From positions 1,050,001 through 1,082,000 of the forward strand of contig NZ_AP014945.1 in the NCBI RefSeq assembly GCF_001548275.1: a stretch of 32,000 nucleotides of DNA. Reading direction: 5' to 3'. The notes under the pieces were generated by a model. The model did not search any database. It was not told the origin of the DNA and saw only the letters and a program-made list of their open reading frames with translations. Origin of the DNA: Caldimicrobium thiodismutans. GTDB lineage: Bacteria > Desulfobacterota > Thermodesulfobacteria > Thermodesulfobacteriales > Thermodesulfobacteriaceae. Positions 1-8,416 of the stretch are shown here, piece by piece (the stretch's first letter is position 1; every line of letters starts with the position of its first letter). The translations under genes were made by a program, and so were the position numbers.

Positions 1-1540
1 TTTCAGGAAGGTCCTTAGCAATCTCTACAAAATTTATAGCCACATAGGGTTTAAAGTCTTCTGAAAAAATCTTTTCAAGAAAAAAATAAACCCCGCAGGA
101 GGTTGAAAGCAGAGAAAGACCCCCGGATGGAAGAACTTCAATATGAGAGATTCCAAAGGGTTCATAGATGGAAAACCCCAATTCCACATCACTTGCCAGT
201 CTTAAATCTCTGGTGGTTATGTCTTCAGGAAAATCAATACCACATTTTCTTTTGGATAATCCAAATTGATTAATAAAAATAGCTTTAATAGCTTTAGCTT
301 GGGAATTAAATTTCTCAATAAGTTGGTAAACTTCAATTTCATAGCCTACCAGATCTGGCCAACCAATTTTGTGTTCAAAGGGCCAGCCATATTCCTGGAC
401 CATTCGGTCAACAGCCTCAACAGGTCTTCCCTGGGGGACTTGTGAAGCAAGAAGAAAGAAGATCCCTTTTAGGTTTTCCCTTGCAAGCAGGGAATCTAAG
501 AAGAAAAAGAGTTTTATATCCCTCCAGACACCTTTACTTTTAACTAATCGACAGGCATGAGAAAAAATAAGGTCAACCCTATCACATCCCTTTTGACTTA
601 GACATTTGGAAAATTTTTTCCTGCTAAGTTGAACCTCTTCAAAGGATATGTGATCTACAGACAGGCCATTATAAACTACCTTAATCTTTGATGGATCTGC
701 TTCTGGGACAAGAAATTTATATTCCTCAGCAACAAGATCGCCTACTGCAAATATTTTATCAAAGCGGTGAGCCAGTTTCACAAGGGCTGTTCTATACCAG
801 TCCATCTGAGGTCCAAATATCTCTTCAAGACTTCGTTGGTTAGCTTTGGACTTTTCAAGAAGATTATAAAAGGTGATATCATGTCCAGGCAAATTTTCCA
901 CAATTCTACGAACCGGTGCTACCTCATGGGCATAAAATATTCTCTGATGCTTTTCAGGATTAAATTCAGGGTGAAGTTCAAGAGCTAATAGAGAGGGAAT
1001 TCCCATATACTCATGTCCAAAATGGTAAAATTTTGAGGCTTTTGGATATAGTAGTTTTAAAAATTCAAGATAGCAGAAACTGATTCTAAGATACTGCTCA
1101 TAGTCCCAATCTCGTTCATATTTATCTGAGGAAAGCCCAAATTTTTCCCAAAAGAGGTATTTTTGATAAATTACCTCCTCCTTTTTCATCTGGGTTATGT
1201 CAACAAGCAGGACATCAACCTTTGCCTGACGGGAAGGATTTAATTCACTAAGGAGGCGTCTTTTCCCATATACAATATCAATGTTATATTTTTCAAGAAC
1301 AGGTTTGAAAAGTTCACCAAAGTGGCCTGTGTCATAGTGATCTTTACTGGAATAGTAAACAACTCCGTCTTTTCCAAGGCGCGTTGAAGCAGAGCCAATG
1401 TATTCAAAGAGGGGGCCATAAAAGAGGGTCTTTTCAAAAAAGTTTTGATAACTTGGAGCTGTGCAAAGCCCTGCGAGAACTTCTCCAATGCCACCAATTT
1501 TATATAACGCCTCATGCGATATGTGTATAGCCACCTTCAT
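1..1540 (-). CDS. Glycosyltransferase, glycogen-synthase-like (GT-B type); N-terminus complete, C-terminus beyond window edge
   Basis: Hand translation gives an uninterrupted minus-strand frame from ATG (1540-1538) to position 1. It is missing from the ORF track because no stop lies in the window. The N-terminus MKVAIHISHEALYKIGGIGEVLAGL resembles the K-x-GG-x-G-D/E-V motif of glycogen-synthase-type enzymes. Track ORFs 369-560(+), 767-988(+) and 1240-1515(-) are shadow frames of it. Confidence 0.6.
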   Translation of the reverse strand, partial: MKVAIHISHEALYKIGGIGEVLAGLCTAPSYQNFFEKTLFYGPLFEYIGSASTRLGKDGVVYYSSKDHYDTGHFGELFKPVLEKYNIDIVYGKRRLLSELNPSRQAKVDVLLVDITQMKKEEVIYQKYLFWEKFGLSSDKYERDWDYEQYLRISFCYLEFLKLLYPKASKFYHFGHEYMGIPSLLALELHPEFNPEKHQRIFYAHEVAPVRRIVENLPGHDITFYNLLEKSKANQRSLEEIFGPQMDWYRTALVKLAHRFDKIFAVGDLVAEEYKFLVPEADPSKIKVVYNGLSVDHISFEEVQLSRKKFSKCLSQKGCDRVDLIFSHACRLVKSKGVWRDIKLFFFLDSLLARENLKGIFFLLASQVPQGRPVEAVDRMVQEYGWPFEHKIGWPDLVGYEIEVYQLIEKFNSQAKAIKAIFINQFGLSKRKCGIDFPEDITTRDLRLASDVELGFSIYEPFGISHIEVLPSGGLSLLSTSCGVYFFLEKIFSEDFKPYVAINFVEIAKDLPE

Positions 1541-1579
1541 AAGATTTTCCCCTTTGAAATCTTTATTAATTTTTCAAGT

Positions 1580-1607
1580 ATCATAAAAGGATATTTCCTT
1601 ATGTCAA
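1580..1607 (-). promoter_or_regulatory. Putative sigma70-type promoter of the glycosyltransferase gene (TTGACA-N16-TATGAT)
   Basis: Minus strand reads TTGACA (1607-1602), a 16-nt spacer, then TATGAT (1585-1580), about 40 nt upstream of ATG 1540. A second TATATTGACA copy lies 13 nt further upstream. Confidence 0.4.
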
Positions 1608-1775
1608 TATATTTTGTCAATATAAGCCTCTTTCCCTTTCCCCACCTCTAAAAACATAAGTTCCTATCCCTACAAAAAAAAAGAAGGGTTGGAAAAGGAG
1701 GAAAGTTCATTTTCCTACAACAGAAGCAGTAGAAAAAATCCTCTTAAGTTTCAAAAGATATGGACATAAATACTC

Positions 1776-1803
1776 TTGACAAACCTCAAATTCAGGTTAA
1801 TTT
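1776..1803 (+). promoter_or_regulatory. Putative promoter of tRNA-Lys (TTGACA-N16-TAATTT)
   Basis: TTGACA at 1776-1781, 16-nt spacer, TAATTT at 1798-1803, 26 nt before the tRNA 5' end. The same TTGACA-N16-TAATTT layout precedes tRNA-Gln at 19661-19688. Confidence 0.45.
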
Positions 1804-1829
1804 TTAAAATATTTTGATTTAACATAACA

Positions 1830-1902
1830 GGGCCGCTAGCTCAATTGGTAGAGCAATGGACTCTTAATCCATAGGTTGGAGGTTCGAGTCCTCCGCGGCC
1901 CA
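1830..1902 (+). tRNA. tRNA-Lys (anticodon CTT)
   Basis: Acceptor stem GGGCCGC/GCGGCCC, anticodon stem ATGGA/TCCAT with loop CT-CTT-AA, T-arm GGAGG-TTCGAGT-CCTCC, discriminator A. 73 nt, no encoded CCA. Confidence 0.9.
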
Positions 1903-2137
1903 TTTGTTTCTTTGGTTTCAGGGTTAAAAAATCTGAAGGCCTTTTGAGCCTCTTTTGTGCCCCTTGAAAACTAAGCTAATCTTCCCTTTCGTTGCCCATC
2001 AACTGTAATCTCAAGTTTTTTTCTCTTACTTTAAAAATTTACAACCTTGCATGGGTCATACACCTAAGGTCTGCCCCTTAGTAATGACAAAAATTGCCCT
2101 GTTTTTAAAAAAGGATTGTATAAAAAAAGAACTGACA

Positions 2138-2166
2138 TTGATTTTTCAAAAAAGAGACCTTAAAAT
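2138..2166 (+). promoter_or_regulatory. Putative promoter placed for a leaderless transcript (TTGATT-N17-TAAAAT, then 6 nt, then ATG 2173)
   Basis: TTGATT 2138-2143, 17-nt spacer, TAAAAT 2161-2166. There is no Shine-Dalgarno sequence before ATG 2173. Confidence 0.4.
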
Positions 2167-2172
2167 AAAACT

Positions 2173-3723
2173 ATGGAGAAAAAACTTCCCATCGGGATTT
2201 CAAGCTTTGAAAAGATTAGAAGTGAACCCTATTATTATGTGGATAAGACACCTTTTGTGGCAAAACTTGTTGAAGAGGGAACTTACTATTTTCTCTCCCG
2301 CCCAAGGAGATTTGGAAAATCCCTTTTTGTGGACACCCTGAAACAGGCCTTCCTTGGAAGAAAAGAGCTTTTCCAAGAGCTCTATCTTGAAAAGAACTGG
2401 GACTGGAGTGTTAGGTATCCTGTTATTCATATAAGTTTTGGCGCTGGCAATATCTTAAGTGAAGAAGATTTCCTTTTGCGGATAAAAAGAATTCTTAAGA
2501 AAAATCATAAAACCCTTCAATTAGATTGGGAAGATTCCTCTGATTATAGGGCTTCTTTTGAGGATCTTATTGAAAAGGCCTATGAAAAATATAAAACCAA
2601 GGTAGTGATTCTGATTGATGAATATGACAAACCCATTCTTGATCGCATAGAAAACAAAGAACTAAGTTTAACCTTAAGGGAGCATTTAAAGAATCTCTAT
2701 GGGGTTATAAAGGATGCCGATGTTTATTTAAAGTTTGTCTTTATTACAGGGGTTTCAAAATTCTCAAAGGTCTCCCTTTTTTCAGGCCTAAATCAGTTAA
2801 GAGATATTACTTTAAGCAAGGAGTATTCAACTATTTGCGGATATACTCAAAGGGAACTTGAAGAGGTTTTCAGAGAGGAACTGCAAGATAAGGATTTAAA
2901 GCTTATAAAATGCTGGTATAATGGTTATTCCTGGCTTGGGGAGCCTCTCTACAATCCCTTTGATATCCTTCTCTATTTAGAGGAAAAAAAATTCCACCCC
3001 TACTGGTTTGAAACTGGGACTCCAAGTTTTCTTGTAAAACTTTTAATGGAGAAGCGTTTTTATCTTCCTGAGCTTGAAAATCTTGTGGCAACAGACTCAC
3101 TTATTGGGTCCTTTGATATAGATAGGGTTAGGCCTGAGAATCTCCTTTTTCAAGCAGGCTATCTTACCATAAAAAGAATGTTTAGCCTTGCAGATAAGAT
3201 TCTTTATGAGCTTTCCTATCCCAATAAAGAGGTAAAGTTAGCCTTAAATGAGGTGCTTGCTGAGTATTTTACAGGGGATACAGGGGAAGTTCCTTTAAAG
3301 ACAAGGGATTTTCTTTTGGCTCTTGAGGGAAATCAGTTTGAGAAGATGAAGAAGGTTCTTGAGGGGCTTTATGCAGGGATACCCCATGATTGGTTCAGGA
3401 AAAATGAGCTTTCCCGTTATGAGGGGTATTATGCAAGTTGTTTTTATGCCTTTTTATGTGGGTCAGGGCTTGAGGTAATCCCTGAGGATATAACGAATAA
3501 GGGGCAAATAGATTTGACGGTGCTTTATAGGGAAAGAGTTTATCTTTTTGAGTTTAAGGTGGTTGAGGGGGAGGAGGGAGAGGGTAAAGCTTTAGCTCAA
3601 TTGAAAGAAAAAGGGTATCATAAGAAGTATGAGGGGAAGTCTAAGGAGATTTATCTTATCGGGATTGAGTTTTCTTCAAGGGAGAGGAATATCAAGGGCT
3701 TTTTCTGGGAGAAGATAAATTGA
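2173..3723 (+). CDS. AAA-ATPase-like domain protein with C-terminal PD-(D/E)XK nuclease-like domain (Pfam AAA-ATPase_like + PDDEXK_9 architecture, from memory)
   Basis: N-terminus LPIGISSFEKIR...YYYVDKT...FLSRPRRFGKSL is the typical start of this family. The C-terminus GQIDLTVLY...YLFEFKV...AQLKEKGY fits a D...E-x-K nuclease core. Confidence 0.75.
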   Translation: MEKKLPIGISSFEKIRSEPYYYVDKTPFVAKLVEEGTYYFLSRPRRFGKSLFVDTLKQAFLGRKELFQELYLEKNWDWSVRYPVIHISFGAGNILSEEDFLLRIKRILKKNHKTLQLDWEDSSDYRASFEDLIEKAYEKYKTKVVILIDEYDKPILDRIENKELSLTLREHLKNLYGVIKDADVYLKFVFITGVSKFSKVSLFSGLNQLRDITLSKEYSTICGYTQRELEEVFREELQDKDLKLIKCWYNGYSWLGEPLYNPFDILLYLEEKKFHPYWFETGTPSFLVKLLMEKRFYLPELENLVATDSLIGSFDIDRVRPENLLFQAGYLTIKRMFSLADKILYELSYPNKEVKLALNEVLAEYFTGDTGEVPLKTRDFLLALEGNQFEKMKKVLEGLYAGIPHDWFRKNELSRYEGYYASCFYAFLCGSGLEVIPEDITNKGQIDLTVLYRERVYLFEFKVVEGEEGEGKALAQLKEKGYHKKYEGKSKEIYLIGIEFSSRERNIKGFFWEKIN

Positions 3724-4382
3724 TGTGTTACCTTGGTTTATATCCGTTAGATAAAGAAGAAGGATGTGGCTGAAGTAAGGGATGGCTTTTTGTGTATGTG
3801 TGAGGGTGGAGAGAGGAGAGAAAAGGCAAATACATGGGGTTGTCATGGGGGTGGATGCGGGGGTTGTTTGGGCTTAATACTTGATACAGGTTTATAAACA
3901 AATTTTAAAAAATCAGGGTTGACTTTTTGGAGAAATGTGGTAAGAGATGGGAAGATGGGTTGAAAATGAGTAGGTCTTTGACAAGTGAATAGCGTTTTTT
4001 CTTCTTTTGGAGTTTGGGTTTAAGTTAAGAGTTTGGGGCTAAGTTAAAGAGGATTTTTGGGTTGAGAGTAATGGGGAAGGTGTGAGCTTTTTAAAGGTGT
4101 GTATAAATATATTAAGTGAAGAATATGATAATTTTTTAGGGACATGAAGGGTTGATATAGCAAGGGTTTTAGGGGGTAATTTTTGGGGTAGGAAATTGAG
4201 AATCAATTGCAGTTATAGGGTGAAAAAGTGTGGTTATAAGTTATTGATATAATGGGGAAAATTTTGTGTTTCCCTGGTTTTGGAAGTGAGGGATGATGCG
4301 GGTTTTAGGGGGTTGATTTGAAAAATATAGTTTGTGATAAACAATCACAAGGTAGGATTGATGAGCTTTCTGAGGTGTAAGG

Positions 4383-4862
4383 GTTGAAACCTGCCCTACT
4401 TCAAAAGGGATTGCGACCATCCAGCTGTATCAGTGCACCATGTTAAATCCACTCTTTCTAAGGTTGAAACCTGCCCTACTTCAAAAGGGATTGCGACTAA
4501 AGATGGATTATTTGTGCAAACACCTATTATGGTTGAAACCTGCCCTACTTCAAAAGGGATTGCGACTTCTATGGGCATGATTTTGTGAGAGATGAGTCAA
4601 AATAGGGTTGAAACCTGCCCTACTTCAAAAGGGATTGCGACTTTTTGAACGAAAGACCAATAATGCATATGATTATTTTAAAGGTTGAAACCTGCCCTAC
4701 TTCAAAAGGGATTGCGACCAGGCACCACCCAAAAACTCCCCTTCAGCAACTCTCTTTGTTGAAACCTGCCCTACTTCAAAAGGGATTGCGACTCAAATAA
4801 AACCGCTTTAAAAGGATCATTCAACTTGTTGAAACCTGCCCTACTTCAAAAGGGATTGCATC
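4383..4862 (+). CRISPR. CRISPR array with 7 repeats of 35 nt (GTTGAAACCTGCCCTACTTCAAAAGGGATTGCGAC) and 6 spacers of 45, 34, 40, 42, 39 and 35 nt; no cas genes in the window
   Basis: Repeats start at 4383, 4463, 4532, 4607, 4684, 4758 and 4828. The first six are identical; the last ends ...ATTGCATC. The + orientation is inferred from the ATTGCGAC 3' end (an 8-nt crRNA-tag style) and from the degenerate last repeat. Confidence 0.95.
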
Positions 4863-5039
4863 AGGAGAGTAAAGGGATTGCATCAGAAGGGTAAAGGGAT
4901 TGCATCGGAAGGGTAAAGGGATTGCATGAGGGGTGAAAAGGAATTGCATAAGGGGTGTAAAGAGATTGCATGAGAAAAGGTAAAGGGATTGCATGAAAGG
5001 GAGTAAAGGGATTGCATGTGAAGAGTAAAGGATTGCGAC
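4852..5039 (+). repeat. Tandem array of 9 units with a 22-23 nt period, each carrying only the 3' end of the CRISPR repeat (AAAGGGATTGCAT) plus about 9 purine-rich nt
   Basis: GGGATTGCAT-type cores at 4852, 4874, 4896, 4918, 4940, 4962, 4985, 5008 and 5030. The last unit restores ...GATTGCGAC. One further isolated GGATTGCAT sits at 5124-5132. Confidence 0.85.
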
Positions 5040-5267
5040 CTATCGGGGCTCAAAATCTTTTGCCCTTATCAAACCTGTGCTAATTTCTGGCTTAATTCAA
5101 ATAAGACAGCATGGAGTGGTAGAGGATTGCATGGGGGTAATTTGCCAAAAAGTCAGTCTTATTGTGAAAAGCTCGAAATTACTTGCTAAAGGATGCAGAT
5201 TTAAGTCCCAAAAGATAAGAGGGCAAACAAACACGAGTTTTCTATCCTTGAATAAAAACTTGATGTT

Positions 5268-6812
5268 TTATTTTCTTAATAACTTTTTATAAAAAATATA
5301 AGTTTCCTTTGGACCTAAAAACTTACAAATTATAATAAACACAAAGGCTCCTAAGGGTATGGCAAAAATTAGTCTGAGACCGGGAGAGAAAAGAAAACTC
5401 TTACTGAATAAAATAACTCCAGAGAGGGCTATAAGAGAAATAAAAAAGGTTAACAAGCTTCGCAGGAAAAATTCTTTTTCAGGAAAACCAAGGTATCTAA
5501 AACTTAAAAATAAAAGAAAAAGGCATTGGGCAAAAAGCCCCCCAGTGGTTCCAAGGGCTACCCCTTTTATTCCAAATATTTTTATAGTAAAAAGGATTAT
5601 CAAAAGATTTATGAAAACAGCAAGAAAGGACCCTGCTGCAGGAACACCTGTCCGATTTAGAGCATAAAAAAGGGGAACTGTAGCCTTTGAAAGACCATAA
5701 AAGGGAAGGGCTAAAGAAAAAATTTTAAGAATCTCTGAGGTCCACAAGGTATCCTCTGGCTTAAAGGCTCCTCTTTCAAAAAGAATCTTGACAATCTCTT
5801 CGGAGAGTAAGAATAATCCTAAGGCTGAGGGTAAAGAGAGGCTTAAAGATACAATCAGGGCTCTTCCATAGGTTTCCCTTGCAAGAGAAAAATTTCCCTG
5901 GGTAATGTTTCTTGTTAATTCAGGCAATAGGGCTTGAGAAAGGCCAACCCCAAAAAGCCCTAAAGGCACATACATAATTCTAAAGGCATAGCTATACCAT
6001 GAAACTGCCCCCTCCCCACAGGAGGTGGCAAAAAAGGTATTAATAAAGATATTTATCTGAACCGCAGAAAATCCTATGATAACAGGAAAAATTAGTCTGA
6101 GAATTTCATAAAATTCAGGCAGAGTAAAATCAACTTTGAATCTAAAGGTGAATCCTTTTTTCTTAAGCAAAGGATACTGCATAAGGGCCTGAAGGAGGCC
6201 TCCAAGGGTTACTCCGAAAGCCATGGCAAAAATGGGTTCATATCCATAAGAAAGGAGTAAATAATACCCAAAAACCCCGATTAAAATTGAGGAAAGATTA
6301 AAAAAACCTGAGGAAAGGGCAGGAAGAAAAAATATTCCTATGGAGTTTAAAAGCCCTGCAAAGATTGCGGAAAGGCTGATAAAGAGAAGAAAGGGCATCA
6401 TAACACGGGTAAGAGAAACGGTTAAAGCAAACTTTGAGGAATCAGTCTTAAAAGCAGGAGCAATCACAGAGACAATTATTGGTGCAAGAAAAAAACCTAT
6501 AAGAACTATTATTAAGAGGATTAGCAAAAAATTAGAGATAAGGATGGAGGCTTTTTTAAAGGCCCTTTCGAGGCCCTCCTTTTCAGTGGTTGCTGTGAAA
6601 ACCTTTACAAAGGCTCCTGCAAGGGCTCCTTCTGCAAAGAGATCGCGAAGAAGATTGGGGATACGGTATCCCACAACATAGGCGTCCATAGCCTTTCCAG
6701 CCCCAAAGAAGTAAGCAAGCACCTGTTCCCTGAGAAGGCCAAGAATTCGGCTTATGAAAACAGCGACGGTAACTGATGTTGCACCCTTAGTGACCTTTTC
6801 AATTGAAGACAC
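5268..6812 (-). CDS. murJ: Lipid II flippase MurJ (MviN family)
   Basis: 514 aa polytopic membrane protein. The N-terminus ...SRILGLLREQVLAYFFGAGKAMDAYVVGYRIPNLLRDLFAEGALAGAFV matches the MurJ signature region. GTG start 12 nt after the pstB stop. Confidence 0.85.
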   Translation of the reverse strand: MSSIEKVTKGATSVTVAVFISRILGLLREQVLAYFFGAGKAMDAYVVGYRIPNLLRDLFAEGALAGAFVKVFTATTEKEGLERAFKKASILISNFLLILLIIVLIGFFLAPIIVSVIAPAFKTDSSKFALTVSLTRVMMPFLLFISLSAIFAGLLNSIGIFFLPALSSGFFNLSSILIGVFGYYLLLSYGYEPIFAMAFGVTLGGLLQALMQYPLLKKKGFTFRFKVDFTLPEFYEILRLIFPVIIGFSAVQINIFINTFFATSCGEGAVSWYSYAFRIMYVPLGLFGVGLSQALLPELTRNITQGNFSLARETYGRALIVSLSLSLPSALGLFLLSEEIVKILFERGAFKPEDTLWTSEILKIFSLALPFYGLSKATVPLFYALNRTGVPAAGSFLAVFINLLIILFTIKIFGIKGVALGTTGGLFAQCLFLLFLSFRYLGFPEKEFFLRSLLTFFISLIALSGVILFSKSFLFSPGLRLIFAIPLGAFVFIIICKFLGPKETYIFYKKLLRK

Positions 6813-6824
6813 TTGTATCTTCTT

Positions 6825-7583
6825 TTAACCAAATCTTCCGGTTATGTATTCTTCGGTAAGCTTTTTCTCAGGATTCGTAAAAATCTTTTCTGTTGATCCG
6901 ATTTCAATAAGTTCTCCCAAATACATAAAAGCTGTTTGATCTGAAATGCGAGCTGCCTGCTGCATATTATGGGTCACAATTACGATAGTTATCTTGCTCT
7001 TGAGTTGAATAATAAGGTCTTCTATCTTTCCTGTGGAGATAGGGTCAAGGGCAGAGGTTGGTTCATCAAAAAGTAAGACCTCTGGCTCAACTGCAATGGC
7101 CCGGGCTATGCAAAGCCTCTGCTGTTGCCCACCTGATAAGCCAAGAGCACTTTGATTGAGTTTATCCTTTACCTCCTCCCAGAGAGCCGCTTCTTTTAAG
7201 GCCTTTTCCACTCTTTCTTGAAGCTCTTTTTTATTCTTAATCCCCCGGAGTCTTAAACCATAAGCCACATTATCAAAGATGCTCATAGGGAATGGAGTGG
7301 GCTTTTGAAAAACCATCCCAATCCTTGATCTAAGCTCAATAAGATCAATCTCCCGTGCAAGAATATTTTTTCCTTCAAAGATTATTTCTCCTTCATAGCG
7401 ATTGCCTGGATAAAGGTCATGAATCCGGTTTAGACATCGCAAAAGAGTAGTCTTTCCACAGCCTGAGGGCCCGATAAGGGCGGTTACCTTGTTTTTTTGA
7501 ATCTGGAGATTTATGTTTTTTAAGGCGTGAATTTTTCCTGCATAATAAAAATTGAGGTTCCTAATCTCAATTTCAACCTTCAA
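6825..7583 (-). CDS. pstB: Phosphate ABC transporter ATP-binding protein PstB
   Basis: Walker [13 protein letters not shown] signature LSGGQQQR, Walker [12 protein letters not shown]. Lies in a pstSCAB gene order. Confidence 0.92.
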   Translation of the reverse strand: MKVEIEIRNLNFYYAGKIHALKNINLQIQKNKVTALIGPSGCGKTTLLRCLNRIHDLYPGNRYEGEIIFEGKNILAREIDLIELRSRIGMVFQKPTPFPMSIFDNVAYGLRLRGIKNKKELQERVEKALKEAALWEEVKDKLNQSALGLSGGQQQRLCIARAIAVEPEVLLFDEPTSALDPISTGKIEDLIIQLKSKITIVIVTHNMQQAARISDQTAFMYLGELIEIGSTEKIFTNPEKKLTEEYITGRFG

Positions 7584-8416
7584 GACCTAAACCTCCTCTT
7601 GATAAGGTATCTTCCCAGAACTGCAAGAAACAAAATAAAAAGGGTAATAAGAAAAGAAGCTCCCCAGGCCTGACGATGCCAGTCTTCATAAGGCCCCATT
7701 GCATATTGAAAAATAGTTACAGTAAGAGAAGCCATGGGTTGAAAGAGATTGTAAGATGTAAAGGCATTATTAAAGGAGGTAAAGAGAAGAGGTGCTGCCT
7801 CGCCTGTAACTCTGGCAATAGCAAGAATAACTCCGGTAAAGATCCCCACCCCTGCCCCTCTATAAACTATCTGAAAGATAACCTTATAATAAGGAGCTCC
7901 GAGGGCAAAAGCTGCCTCTCTAAGGGTCCAGGGAATAAGAGAAAGCATGTTCTCTGTAGTTTTTACAATTACAGGAATCATAATAATAGCAAGGGCAAGC
8001 CCTCCTGAAAGGGCATTAAAATGTCCAACGGGCCTAACAAAAAGGGCATATACAAAAGCTCCCACAATAATGGCTGGTACACTTACCATAATATCAGAAA
8101 GAAAACTTATTATCCGGGACACCTTAAGATTCCTTCCATATTCCGCTAAAAAAGTGCCACCAAGTATACCTAAGGGGACACCAATTAGTGTAGCGGTAAG
8201 GGTAATAAAAAAGTGACCAATTATAGCGTGTTTTAATCCTCCTCCAGGAATACCTGGAGGCGCTGGATCATTGAGAATTAAAGAGGGCGTAAGAGCTGTA
8301 AGTCCATGTCTAATAACATCAATAAGAATAAAAAAAAGCCAAAAAAGTCCCCAAATTGCGGTCAAAATACAAAAAAATAGGGCTATATTATTTAAAATTT
8401 TTCTTTTTTTTATCAT
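7580..8416 (-). CDS. pstA: Phosphate ABC transporter permease PstA
   Basis: 278 aa six-TM permease. Its position after pstC and 4-nt overlaps with both neighbours fit PstA. Confidence 0.85.
   Translation of the reverse strand: MIKKRKILNNIALFFCILTAIWGLFWLFFILIDVIRHGLTALTPSLILNDPAPPGIPGGGLKHAIIGHFFITLTATLIGVPLGILGGTFLAEYGRNLKVSRIISFLSDIMVSVPAIIVGAFVYALFVRPVGHFNALSGGLALAIIMIPVIVKTTENMLSLIPWTLREAAFALGAPYYKVIFQIVYRGAGVGIFTGVILAIARVTGEAAPLLFTSFNNAFTSYNLFQPMASLTVTIFQYAMGPYEDWHRQAWGASFLITLFILFLAVLGRYLIKRRFRS

Noticed and set aside
369-1515. Track ORFs 369-560(+), 767-988(+) and 1240-1515(-)
   Set aside because: All lie within the long uninterrupted minus-strand glycosyltransferase frame (1-1540). 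They are shadow frames with no Shine-Dalgarno sequence and implausible composition.
1903-2172. Possible integration (att) site or mobile element at the tRNA-Lys 3' end
   Set aside because: No integrase or transposase gene is present, and I could not find a direct repeat of the tRNA 3' end further downstream. Only the accessory-looking gene content supports the idea.
4396-4578. 60-aa minus-strand ORF with the internal repeat AIPFEVGQVST
   Set aside because: It lies entirely inside the CRISPR array, and the repeated peptide is just the translated CRISPR repeat.
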